From: a bacterium | GTDB lineage: Bacteria > Zhuqueibacterota > Zhuqueibacteria > Residuimicrobiales > Krinioviventaceae | Length of the DNA stretch: 64,000 bases | Assembly: GCA_963693055.1 (NCBI GenBank) | Contig: OY843751.1 | Location: 2,240,001-2,304,000 of the forward strand | Direction: 5' to 3' | Part shown: positions 26,760 through 36,811 of the stretch, piece by piece | Position numbering within the stretch: position 1 is the stretch's first letter | Layout of the letters: each line of letters starts with the position of its first letter | Program-made: the position numbers and the translations under genes | The notes under the pieces: model-generated | What the model saw: the letters and a program-made list of their open reading frames with translations, nothing else | Told to the model about the DNA's origin: nothing | The model's database searches: none

Positions 26760-28325
26760 ATGGATATGTTTTGGTTAAAAAAAATATTTAAAACTTTTTT
26801 ATGTCTTATTATAATCTCTACAGTTTTACCTGCGGCAGAGGTTAATTTCAATGTGTTGGATTATGGTGCAGTGCCTGATGGAAAAACATTGTGCACAACC
26901 GAGATTCAAAAAACCATTGATGCCTGTAATGAAGCCGGGGGAGGTTATGTTGTTTTTCCAAAAGGTGAGTTTTTAACCGGTACAATTGAGCTAAAAAATA
27001 ATGTATTTATGCAAATCCATCCTGCTGCAACATTGTTGGGTAGTAAGAACATTGCTGATTATGATCCCGGTTTTTTGATATATGCTGAAGGAATTTCTCA
27101 TGCGGGGATACTTGGTAATGGTACGATTAATGGACAAGGAGATTCTTTCTGGAAAGGCAAAGAACGTCCATTTAACAGACCCGGACGAACTATAAAGTTT
27201 TTAGATTGCAGGGATATTGTTTTTAAAGATTTTCATTTGATCAATTCTGCAAGCTGGTGTATTGATGTTGAAGGTTGCGATCGAGTCACTTTAACAGGGC
27301 TTTCAATTATTAATGATCGTGATGCTCCCAATACAGATGGTATTGATCCTGTTTCTTCATCAAATGTGTTTATTTCAGATTGCTATATTGATACAGGTGA
27401 TGACTGTATCTGCCCCAAATCCAATGATATTAACAAACCCTGTGAAAATCTGGTTGTTACGAATTGTGTGCTCATTAGTGATGATTCCGCAATAAAATGT
27501 GGAACCCGATCTAATGGAGCAATACGAAATTGCACATTTAGTAATATTGTCATTCGTAATGCCAAATACGGCATTGGATTTTATATGAAAGATGGTGGCA
27601 GCTATGAGGATATCCAGTTTTCTAATATATCTATTGAAACAATCATCCCTGCTGATTTGGAAAATTCAAAATGTACAAACAGTTTTGCAATTTTTATGGA
27701 TATTGAGAGCAGAGATGAACAAACCCCATTAGGTACAATTCGTAATATCATGTTTAATGATATTAACATACTTTCCTATGATGGGAATTGTCTGTTTGCC
27801 GGCATGCCGGAACAGAATATTAAAGATTTAACCTTGAGCAATGTACGGATGAAAGTGTTGAGACGCACTGATTTGACAAAAAGGAGAAAACCCAGAGGTA
27901 CCCGCACCTTGAAAAATATTGCTGTTAATGATCGTGCAGGAATTCAATCGTATTTTACTTTTGTAAACATTGATGGATTAACTATAAATAATCTGTTTAT
28001 TGATGACGAATCTGTTACAAATACTGTTAAAAGTTATTTCCTCTGGGGACAAAATATCAAGAATGTTACACTTGAAGGATTTCAAAATCGTCAGTCAGTT
28101 AGCAATGAAAATTTTCCATTGGTTCTATTTGAAAACATTTCGAATCTTTTTGTTAGTCGCTGTCAACCGGTTTCGGCAACAACACCATTTTTATCACTCC
28201 AGGATGCTCAATCTTCCGATATAACTTTGTTGAATAATAATTTTTCAAGAGTTTGTAAACCCGTTTCAGTGGGGCCGAACGTTGATTCAAAACAGGTTTA
28301 TATGGATAATAATCGATTGCAATAA
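26760..28325 (+). CDS. GH28 glycoside hydrolase (polygalacturonase-like)
   Basis: 'FNVLDYGAVPDG', 'APNTDGID', 'TGDDCICPKS'. Confidence 0.9.
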   Translation: MDMFWLKKIFKTFLCLIIISTVLPAAEVNFNVLDYGAVPDGKTLCTTEIQKTIDACNEAGGGYVVFPKGEFLTGTIELKNNVFMQIHPAATLLGSKNIADYDPGFLIYAEGISHAGILGNGTINGQGDSFWKGKERPFNRPGRTIKFLDCRDIVFKDFHLINSASWCIDVEGCDRVTLTGLSIINDRDAPNTDGIDPVSSSNVFISDCYIDTGDDCICPKSNDINKPCENLVVTNCVLISDDSAIKCGTRSNGAIRNCTFSNIVIRNAKYGIGFYMKDGGSYEDIQFSNISIETIIPADLENSKCTNSFAIFMDIESRDEQTPLGTIRNIMFNDINILSYDGNCLFAGMPEQNIKDLTLSNVRMKVLRRTDLTKRRKPRGTRTLKNIAVNDRAGIQSYFTFVNIDGLTINNLFIDDESVTNTVKSYFLWGQNIKNVTLEGFQNRQSVSNENFPLVLFENISNLFVSRCQPVSATTPFLSLQDAQSSDITLLNNNFSRVCKPVSVGPNVDSKQVYMDNNRLQ

Positions 28326-28342
28326 ATAGGAAATTTAAGAGT

Positions 28343-30892
28343 ATGAAGAATTTATTTAAAATTATCTTTCTTTTATTAATATTTAATGCTCTTGGATATT
28401 CAATAATGTTGAATAAAACATATTACTGTTTTGATGCAGGAGGAGATAATTCTAAAATAATTGATGGGGCAATTCAACTTGACGTTACGGATTCTTTTTC
28501 GGATGATATCGGATATGGTTGGACTGTATCCCCAAACAAGTCATTTGAAAGAGAAAAATTATCTAACAGTCGTGATGCATTTGATATTGATGGTGTTATT
28601 GCCAAAAACATTGGATTCAAATCCAACTTGCCCAATGGACGCTGGTGGATTTCACTTTTTATGGAATCCGGATTGGAAGATTCCGCAACAACAAAGATTA
28701 TACTAAATGGAGATTTGCAAAATCCGGAATGGCAAAGTTTTAGACCGAATGCAGAAGGTAGAATTAATTGGGCGGATGATTACCGTGTTTTTCACACCCC
28801 GGTCCATGTCGAAAATCAGGAACTGTTGTTGGAAGTGTTGGGTGTACAGGATTCGGTCAGGATTATTGGGATCAAGTTATATCGGGATCCTCAACCCGTT
28901 TCTGAAACAGATAAACGATTTTTAACTCAAATAAAGGCTGTTGGAAAATTTGCTAGTGCAATTCCATTGGATAGTCTCAATGCGGGACTACCGGAATTAA
29001 TAGATAAATTAAAACAGGTAATTGATAAAGATCCAGAGAATGCATTTTTCAATTACTGGTATGATCAGTTATCCTTGTTGTATAAAGCTGAAAATTATAT
29101 AAAGATGATGGGGTGGGAGTGGGAAACAGATAGAACCGGATTAAATATTTTTGACAGATATACAGCAGCAGTAATGCTTCTTGATGGTTTGTTGAACCAG
29201 CCAGACCCGGAAAATAATCCATTATATGAGCGGGCACTCTGGCAGCGTAGCCGGGTGTTGTTTTGGCTGGATATGGAACGCCATGGCAAATATGAACGAC
29301 AAACTGCACTCAGGGATTTATCTATTTTATTTATCAAGTATCCTGATAATAAATTGCTAGCCATGTACAACGGGAACAAGATAGAAACCGATATCTGTCA
29401 TTTAAAAACAAGCCCCAATGCACCCAAATGGTCTGTTGCACAGCTACAGGTACTATGTCATTTAAGGTCTATTGTGCATTGGTGGGTTATGGAAAGACAG
29501 GCAGATAATGGCGAGTTTGGTGGTAAATTGGGAGACGATGTTGAATTACTGCGTGCATTTCCACCTCTGGTATTGTCTGGTGATACTTTGGCATTCAAAG
29601 GTTGGCAAAAGCTGGCAGACCGGGTTTGGAACAGTGAGCAGATATTCAAGGGATATGCACGTATTGCCAGTGATGTTGAACACGCATCTGAACTGGTTTC
29701 TGATGTAGCGCCTGAAATGGTAATGTATACTGATGATCCGGAATATGCAAAAAGACTTGAATGGTCTGCGAATTATTTCAGGGATTTATGGACTGGGAAA
29801 ACCAAATCCGGATTGCGTTATTTCAAGTCATCCTGGTTCAGTTCAACATCAGTTAGAACTGATCCGCCTCGGGACCGTGATGTTGAAATGAATTCACGAG
29901 CTGTTAAAGCTGTTCGATATTTGGCATGGAAATCCAGAGATCCAATAGTTATTGAAACGCTTCATGAATGGTCTTTAGCCTGGGTAAAAGCCGCGCTGAG
30001 AACGGATAAAGGAAAGCCGGCGGGTATAATTCCCGCATCAATTCGATTTGTGGACGAATCAATAAATGGTGATGGCCCCAATTGGTACAATGCAGATATG
30101 TATTGGGATTATTATAACTGGAGTCATAATGCCGGTTCAATGATTCTTGACCAATTGTTATTTACATATACCTTGACACATGATGAAAAACTTTTAGAAC
30201 CTTTGATAAAAACATTGACGTTGATTCAAAACTCAAATGCATCAAGCTCAGAGTTGATTGATGTTGAGCCAGGTTCTGAAATGTGGACTGTAAAAATATT
30301 AATTTCAAAATCCGGTTTTTGGAATGTAGTAGAGCAATGGAGACTGTATACCGGTGATCAGCGTTTTGATGATTTAATACTCAAATATGGTACACCTTAT
30401 ATTCGGTACCGCTTAGCAGGAGATGAATCATATCTTGTAGATGGGCTTGAAAATAATTTAGAGAAAATTAAATATAATTTTCCACTTTTGACCCGTGAAG
30501 TATTACATACAGACCGGGTATATCTTAGGGGCGGTTCTGCCAATTTGGGCACTTTTCATTTAAATGCAATGCTTACTGGTAGTGGATTACAAACGTCTCC
30601 ATATAATGCAATTAGCTGGGAAAATACAAATCCCATGTTTACTGCTTTGATAAAAGATTCCGGAGAAAATAAACTGAGTGTAGATGTTTTTAATCATTCT
30701 AAAAATAAAACAAATGTAACCCTTCGGCTTTGGCAATTTAAACCCGGAAAATATAATGTGTATTCTGTTATAGATGGCAACAAACATGATGAATCTATTA
30801 TGAACTTGAAAAAAACAGGTGATCGTATTTTACTTGAATTACCGGGCGAAAAGTTGATTAATTATGTTTTTTATTCTGTTGATCCAAAATAA
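28343..30892 (+). CDS. large secreted hypothetical protein (beta-sandwich N-domain plus helical-barrel-like region)
   Basis: Signal peptide; 'FDAG...GYGW' CBM-like start; 'RQADNGEFGG..GDDVE' motif; Trp-rich. Confidence 0.7.
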   Translation: MKNLFKIIFLLLIFNALGYSIMLNKTYYCFDAGGDNSKIIDGAIQLDVTDSFSDDIGYGWTVSPNKSFEREKLSNSRDAFDIDGVIAKNIGFKSNLPNGRWWISLFMESGLEDSATTKIILNGDLQNPEWQSFRPNAEGRINWADDYRVFHTPVHVENQELLLEVLGVQDSVRIIGIKLYRDPQPVSETDKRFLTQIKAVGKFASAIPLDSLNAGLPELIDKLKQVIDKDPENAFFNYWYDQLSLLYKAENYIKMMGWEWETDRTGLNIFDRYTAAVMLLDGLLNQPDPENNPLYERALWQRSRVLFWLDMERHGKYERQTALRDLSILFIKYPDNKLLAMYNGNKIETDICHLKTSPNAPKWSVAQLQVLCHLRSIVHWWVMERQADNGEFGGKLGDDVELLRAFPPLVLSGDTLAFKGWQKLADRVWNSEQIFKGYARIASDVEHASELVSDVAPEMVMYTDDPEYAKRLEWSANYFRDLWTGKTKSGLRYFKSSWFSSTSVRTDPPRDRDVEMNSRAVKAVRYLAWKSRDPIVIETLHEWSLAWVKAALRTDKGKPAGIIPASIRFVDESINGDGPNWYNADMYWDYYNWSHNAGSMILDQLLFTYTLTHDEKLLEPLIKTLTLIQNSNASSSELIDVEPGSEMWTVKILISKSGFWNVVEQWRLYTGDQRFDDLILKYGTPYIRYRLAGDESYLVDGLENNLEKIKYNFPLLTREVLHTDRVYLRGGSANLGTFHLNAMLTGSGLQTSPYNAISWENTNPMFTALIKDSGENKLSVDVFNHSKNKTNVTLRLWQFKPGKYNVYSVIDGNKHDESIMNLKKTGDRILLELPGEKLINYVFYSVDPK

Positions 30893-30902
30893 TTTATGAA
30901 AG

Positions 30903-32051
30903 GTGTGTATAATGCGAAATATAATAGTTTTGTTATTCCTGGTTATAACTGTAATGTCTGCGGCTCAGACTGATGCTGTAATTGAATGGAAAAAAAGGCC
31001 TGATCTTGTTACAGAGCGGATTGTATGGCAGATAACCAGCCATGATTCTGCAAGTGAAGCTGTTTATTTTGAGCAACAACCCTTTACCTCTGATGATAGA
31101 TATCTGGTTTTCAAGTCTAAGAGAACAGGTGACTGGTTAATTTATCGTGCGGATCTGCAAACCGGTGAAATCATGCTGGTATCGAAAGAAATAAATCCGG
31201 GTACAATTTCCATTGGTCCGGATGGACAACATGTATGGTATACAAGTGATAACAAATTGTTTAAAACAGATGTTGCCACACTGGAAGAAAAAATAGCATT
31301 TGATTTTAAAGACAGCTTTAAAGATCAGCATATAAGCTTTTCAGGGTCTCTCAGTGCAGATGGCGTTTATACGCTTGTCCGAACATCTAATGAAACATCA
31401 CGATCAATATATCGTGTAAGTCTGGAAACGGGCAAGGTAGAGCATGCATTGACAGTGAATAAATCAGAGGGTACATTTTCTCATCCTCTTATCAATCCCA
31501 TGTACCCGCATTTAATCAGCTATGTGCCGGGACCAGACACGCAAAATGATATGACACTGCCCATGGAAAAAAGGGCCAGAACCTGGATCATCAATATGAA
31601 AACCGGGGAGAACAAGCAATTTCTGACCATGCCTTATGGATTTAGAGCAACTCACGAGAAATGGTCTGCAGATGGTGAATTGTTTACATTTTTTAGAAAA
31701 ACCGTACCAGGGTGGACTCCTGTAAGTATATGTTCAATTAATAAAGATGGATCAAATTTTCAGGTATATTATTCTCATAACAATATCAGGCTTGGTCATG
31801 GTTTATCATCCGATGATGGGAAATGGTTTGTCTCAGATGGCCAGGATCCCCATTATAATCCTATTATTTTGATAAATATGGAGACAGGACTCGCAACAAC
31901 ACTTTGCTGGCCCAATTCAAGTATATATGGCGGATTAGGTACAACCGGCCATGTTCATCCATCTATAAGTAAAAGTGGGCGTTTTGTTTGTTACAGCTCT
32001 GACCTTAGCGGTGTTCCGCAGGTTTATGTTGTGCCAACAGGGATTGAATGA
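30903..32051 (+). CDS. oligogalacturonate-lyase (PL22)/TolB-like beta-propeller protein
   Basis: 'VWQIT...VYFEQQPFTSD', 'THEKW', 'HVHPSISKSG.FVCYSSD.SG.PQVY'. Confidence 0.75.
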   Translation: MCIMRNIIVLLFLVITVMSAAQTDAVIEWKKRPDLVTERIVWQITSHDSASEAVYFEQQPFTSDDRYLVFKSKRTGDWLIYRADLQTGEIMLVSKEINPGTISIGPDGQHVWYTSDNKLFKTDVATLEEKIAFDFKDSFKDQHISFSGSLSADGVYTLVRTSNETSRSIYRVSLETGKVEHALTVNKSEGTFSHPLINPMYPHLISYVPGPDTQNDMTLPMEKRARTWIINMKTGENKQFLTMPYGFRATHEKWSADGELFTFFRKTVPGWTPVSICSINKDGSNFQVYYSHNNIRLGHGLSSDDGKWFVSDGQDPHYNPIILINMETGLATTLCWPNSSIYGGLGTTGHVHPSISKSGRFVCYSSDLSGVPQVYVVPTGIE

Positions 32052-32172
32052 TTTTTTTTTTAGTATTGATTACAAGCAGTTAGAATCTACCCAGCATAAT
32101 AAAAATAATATACAAGATTGGTGAGTATGTTCTAACTGCTATTTTTTTGAATTGATACGTGCTGAAATTATA

Positions 32173-33447
32173 TCAATCATGAAGTTTTACCAAGTCGATA
32201 TTTGGAGAGATGGGGAATGATGCTATCAGTTTGGTGCTGAAACCAATTCGGCTTATTGTGTTTACTTCCAAAGCCAGTTCATAATATTCAGGAATTACCC
32301 CATGTTTTTCTCTCAATTGCGCTTCAAGTTGTTTTAGAGATTCTTTTTCAGTTAATGCATTAACTGCTTCGTAAACGCCTGCCAAATCAGTACAAGTTAT
32401 AATCATGATACTGTTTTTTTTGTTCGGCCCGGGTAATTTGCTAACCATAACATAATCTTTTCGGGGGCCTGAACCTTGTATACCTTTGGGAGAAAAAGTT
32501 TGAACTGAATCAGGAGAATGATTTACAATGAGCTGATGCGGAAAGACTTTATATTGAATATGAAGCTTGGATAATAATGGATTTAGTATACCCAGTGTTT
32601 TGGTTATGCCAATGAAAATAATGTTATAGTTTTGTAAATCAGATCCATTCAACTCTGATGCAAGCTTCATTTCAAAATTGTCATTATAAAAGTCAAGAAT
32701 GGGATATAACGAACGAAACGACCACAAGATTTCTTTTTCAATGATTGCAGGTTTATAAGGCTTGAACGAAACAAGTGATGTATCTGCCTCTATCATTGTT
32801 GAATAATTATTCAAATCATCAATAGAATTGATTCTACTGAATCTCATGATTTTCATTCCAACGAGTTCATGAATATTGTTTGGGTTGTTATTGCTTTCAA
32901 TAAAAAAGAATTGGTCACCTACTACAAATAATACAGGTTGATCATTTGTAATTGAATTATTCCAAATTGGACTTTTATGAATATATGACAACTCTCTTGA
33001 ATGTCTTGGATTTGTGTAATTGTAGTAAATCCATTGCAGCAATAACAGTATACTAGGTATAATAATTAAAATATATTTTAATTTTTTAATATTGAAAAAA
33101 AATGAACCGGATTTTTTCTTAACATTATTTGTGATGAATTTTAAATTGTATCCACCTTTGGGTATCTCTATTTTAATTTCATCATCTTTGCCTTCAGACA
33201 GATAATAGGTGTAAAGTTTTTTTCTGAGGTTGTGGGTGTGAACTCTAACAATAGAGTCTTCAGCAGGATTAAAGTAAGAGTTTTTTGAAAAGACTTCATT
33301 CGCTATTGTTGTTTCATTTAGCGGTTCTTTATTAAAAGTGTTTTTGAATAAATATAAAAGTAGCTTTTTTTCAGTTTTACATGATTCAAATTCTTTACTA
33401 TTTAGAATCTTTTCAATTTGTTTTGAATATATCTGCATGTTGTTCAT
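32173..33447 (-). CDS. membrane-anchored winged-helix transcriptional regulator (N-terminal DNA-binding domain, one TM, extracytoplasmic domain)
   Basis: 'E..IA.EVF.K...FNPAEDSIVRVH..NLRKKL..YY..EG...IEIPKGGY' followed by TM 'ILIIIPSILLLLQWIYY'. Confidence 0.75.
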   Translation of the reverse strand: MNNMQIYSKQIEKILNSKEFESCKTEKKLLLYLFKNTFNKEPLNETTIANEVFSKNSYFNPAEDSIVRVHTHNLRKKLYTYYLSEGKDDEIKIEIPKGGYNLKFITNNVKKKSGSFFFNIKKLKYILIIIPSILLLLQWIYYNYTNPRHSRELSYIHKSPIWNNSITNDQPVLFVVGDQFFFIESNNNPNNIHELVGMKIMRFSRINSIDDLNNYSTMIEADTSLVSFKPYKPAIIEKEILWSFRSLYPILDFYNDNFEMKLASELNGSDLQNYNIIFIGITKTLGILNPLLSKLHIQYKVFPHQLIVNHSPDSVQTFSPKGIQGSGPRKDYVMVSKLPGPNKKNSIMIITCTDLAGVYEAVNALTEKESLKQLEAQLREKHGVIPEYYELALEVNTISRIGFSTKLIASFPISPNIDLVKLHD

Positions 33448-33541
33448 AGTCTTTTTAATTCATGTATTAATTAGTTTTTACAGATGTAATCAACAAGAAC
33501 GTTTTTAAAGTAATAGTATAATATTTAAAATGCAATAGTAT

Positions 33542-33610
33542 TGTTAAGCATGTTAAAAACAAAAATTAACAGTTATTATCTGGCAATTTGGGATAAATAT
33601 TAATACCATA
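33542..33610. promoter_or_regulatory. conserved 69-bp operator/promoter element, copy 2 (between the regulator and the SSS operon)
   Basis: 55/69 identity to 10454-10522, including an 18-bp identical core TTAACAGTTATTATCTGG. Confidence 0.75.
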
Positions 33611-33952
33611 AAAAAACATTTCTTATCAATATCTTTACTGTTTAATGGGTTTTGATATTTTATATAACATTATAAAGCTTTAAAAACATACACTTGATGC
33701 AAAGATTTTTTAGCATAATTGTTTTGTAAAAATTGTTAATTAAATTGAAAAAAATATTGTGTTTAAATATTTATGATGACTTTTTAAATCAAATATCTGC
33801 TGCTTTTCATTATTTTGATATGTTATATGATAAATTATATTTTTCACCATGGCTCTCTAATGCCTCACCAAAGGAACTACGGTTTGCGATATAATCCATA
33901 GCAATTAATAAGGATACATTATTAATTAAAACAATACAGGTCAAAGGAAGAT

Positions 33953-35722
33953 ATGAAGCTCGGAGTTTGGGATTATATAATACTTGTAGCATACTTGATG
34001 ATTGCCCTTGTTTTGGTAGGTCTTTATTTTAAACGTGCAAGCAAAGGGGTAGAAGAGTATTTTGCAGCCGGGCGTTCTTTGCCTTGGTGGCTTTTGGGCA
34101 CATCTATGGTTGCCACTACCTTTAGTACCGATACGCCAAATCTTGTTGCAAATCTGGTTCGTGAAAATGGCGTGTCTGGTAATTGGGTGTGGTGGTCTTT
34201 TCTGGTTACCGGAATGCTGACCGTGTTTTTTTATGCACGACTATGGCGACGCTCTGGGGTACTTACCGATCTCGAGTTTTATGAATTGCGTTATTCCGGT
34301 AAATCCGCAACCATTGTTAGAGGTTTTAGAGCTTTATATCTGGGTTTCTTTTTTAATACTGTTATTATGGCTACGGTAACATTGTCTGCTGTCAAGATTG
34401 CCAACATTCTTTTTGGTTGGTCAAGAATTGAGACGGTTATTATTTGTTCATTGGGGTCTGTTGCTTTTTCTGTTACATCCGGTTTATGGGGAGTCGTTGT
34501 GACAGATTTGCTTTTGTTTATAATGGCAATGGTCGGCTCCATATCTGCAGCCTGGTTTTCTTTGCAGCATCCCAGTGTTGGTGGATTGCATGGTTTGGTG
34601 GATAAAATTGATCCTCAAACATTGAGCTTGCTACCGGATTTTAGCCATATGGAATCAGCTCTTGCTATTTTTATAATTCCATTGGCAGTTCAATGGTGGT
34701 CTGTTTGGTATCCCGGTGCAGAACCCGGTGGCGGCAGTTATATTGCACAAAGAATGCTGGCGGCAAAAAATGAACGTCACTCTATGGGTGCAACACTCTG
34801 GTTCAATATTGCGCATTATGGCCTGAGACCCTGGCCCTGGATTATTGTGGGGTTGTGCTCGATTTTGGTTTATCCCACTCTTGGTGATATTCAGCAGGTT
34901 TTTCCCCATGTCAGTCCCAATCTTGTGGGGCATGATATTGCCTACCCGGCAATGCTGGTGTTTTTGCCGGAAGGTTTTAGAGGGGTTATGGTGGCTTCGT
35001 TAATTGCTGCATACTTGTCTACTATGGATACTAGTTTAAATTGGGGGGCTTCTTATTTAGTACATGATTTTTATAGACGTTTTTTTAAACCTCAAGCCAG
35101 TCAACATCATTATGTTATGATTTCCCGATTTAGTACTTTGTTATTGATGGTTTTTGCTGCACTAATTGTGTTTGTACTGGATACCGCCAAAGACAGCTTT
35201 GATTTATTATTATCTATTGGGGCAGGTACAGGTTTGATTTACCTGCTGCGCTGGTTCTGGTGGCGTATCAACGCGTGGAGTGAAATTGCTGCAATGATCA
35301 GCTCATTCATTATTGCATTTGCTCTGTTTTTTGCAAAACATGCAGGATTAGAATTGTCAACATACTCAACTTTGATCATTAGTGTTGCAGCAACTACATT
35401 TATATGGATGCTGGTAACTTTATTAACAAAACCGGATGACATTAATGTGCTGGAAAAGTTTTATAAACTTGTTAGACCTGCGGGAAATGGATGGAAACCA
35501 ATACAAAATCGTCTTCGACTTGGTCCTTCTGATGACAGTGTTACGCTGAGTATTTTGGGATGGATTCTGGGTTGTGTTTTTGTTTATTCAGCCCTGTTTA
35601 TGATGGGATACATTCTCTATGGACAATATATTTTAGCCATTATTTGTCTGGTACCTTTTCTTGTTAGTACAATTGGTTTGTATAAAATTTTAATTCGTAT
35701 GTTTAGTACCCAAAATTATTAA
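33953..35722 (+). CDS. sodium:solute symporter (SSS family)
   Basis: 'EYFAAGRSLPWWLLGTSMVATTFSTDTP', 'YIAQRMLAAKNE', 'AAYLSTMDT'; many TM helices. Confidence 0.92.
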   Translation: MKLGVWDYIILVAYLMIALVLVGLYFKRASKGVEEYFAAGRSLPWWLLGTSMVATTFSTDTPNLVANLVRENGVSGNWVWWSFLVTGMLTVFFYARLWRRSGVLTDLEFYELRYSGKSATIVRGFRALYLGFFFNTVIMATVTLSAVKIANILFGWSRIETVIICSLGSVAFSVTSGLWGVVVTDLLLFIMAMVGSISAAWFSLQHPSVGGLHGLVDKIDPQTLSLLPDFSHMESALAIFIIPLAVQWWSVWYPGAEPGGGSYIAQRMLAAKNERHSMGATLWFNIAHYGLRPWPWIIVGLCSILVYPTLGDIQQVFPHVSPNLVGHDIAYPAMLVFLPEGFRGVMVASLIAAYLSTMDTSLNWGASYLVHDFYRRFFKPQASQHHYVMISRFSTLLLMVFAALIVFVLDTAKDSFDLLLSIGAGTGLIYLLRWFWWRINAWSEIAAMISSFIIAFALFFAKHAGLELSTYSTLIISVAATTFIWMLVTLLTKPDDINVLEKFYKLVRPAGNGWKPIQNRLRLGPSDDSVTLSILGWILGCVFVYSALFMMGYILYGQYILAIICLVPFLVSTIGLYKILIRMFSTQNY

Positions 35723-35740
35723 TATAGGCTCAGGTGTATT

Positions 35741-36799
35741 TTGAATTCCAAAAAACGAATACTTGATGCAATAGAGCATAAAACTACAGACAGGATTCCA
35801 ATAACCTTTGATGCTGAAATAGAAGTTTATGATGCTCTTTACAAACATCTTTTAATTTCCAATAAAGAGCAATTGTTTGATCGCTTGAATGTGGATACAT
35901 GGATGGTATTGCCAAAGAATTTCATTTATCCGGATGCTGAGCTTGGCAATGAATACAAAACTTCGATTTGGGGATACAAAACCCAATATAAAAACTATTC
36001 AGGTGGGGCTTATGACGAGTTGTATTACAGTCCACTTGCTGGCAAAAATGAAATTGATGATATAAAAAATCATACCTGGCCGAACGAGAGTACCCAGCAA
36101 TATGACCATTACCCAGCAGAGATAGCCGCTCACAAGGATCGTGCAATAATGGGTGTGTTTACATGGGGAGCCTATTTTATTGCTACACATGTGCGAGGTA
36201 TGCAGGATCTAATGATGGATTTTGCCCTGAGAAGAGAATACATTCTATACCTTTTTGATACCATTGCAGATATCAGCTACAATTACCTCGAAACCATGTT
36301 GAGCACATATGGAGATGGTGTGGACATTGTCTATATGGCGGATGATTACTGTTCCCAGCAGGGCCCTTTTTTTAGTCCTGATGATTTTAAAACATTTGTT
36401 GTACCTTATCTTAAAAGGTATGTTTCGCTGGTACATAAATATAACAAGAAATTTCTGCTGCATGTGTGCGGTGCTGTGAGACCCTTGCTGCCTATGATTA
36501 TTGATTGTGGTGTGGATATGCTTGAGCCTATCCAGACGCGTGCCGCGGGTATGGAACCGGAAGTATTAAAAAGAGATTTTGGCAAAGATATTACGTTTTA
36601 CGGTGGTATGGATCTGCAACAAACTCTGCGCCTGGGCTCTGTCGATGATGTGAAAAATGAAGCAAAACATCTCATTGAAATTTTGGGCAAAGACGGCGGC
36701 TACGTATTTGGCCCCGGACATACCTATATTCAAATTGATGCGCCACTTGAAAATATTATGGCCATGTATGATACGGCATTGCAATTTTATCCATATTAA
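35741..36799 (+). CDS. uroporphyrinogen-decarboxylase-like (URO-D/MtaA-CmuA superfamily) protein
   Basis: 'MNSKKRILDAIEHKTTDRIP', 'DDYCSQQG', 'LHVCG', 'FYGGMDLQ', 'GGYVFGPGH', 'PLENI.AM'. Confidence 0.85.
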   Translation: MNSKKRILDAIEHKTTDRIPITFDAEIEVYDALYKHLLISNKEQLFDRLNVDTWMVLPKNFIYPDAELGNEYKTSIWGYKTQYKNYSGGAYDELYYSPLAGKNEIDDIKNHTWPNESTQQYDHYPAEIAAHKDRAIMGVFTWGAYFIATHVRGMQDLMMDFALRREYILYLFDTIADISYNYLETMLSTYGDGVDIVYMADDYCSQQGPFFSPDDFKTFVVPYLKRYVSLVHKYNKKFLLHVCGAVRPLLPMIIDCGVDMLEPIQTRAAGMEPEVLKRDFGKDITFYGGMDLQQTLRLGSVDDVKNEAKHLIEILGKDGGYVFGPGHTYIQIDAPLENIMAMYDTALQFYPY

Positions 36800-36811
36800 A
36801 GTGAGGGTGTT

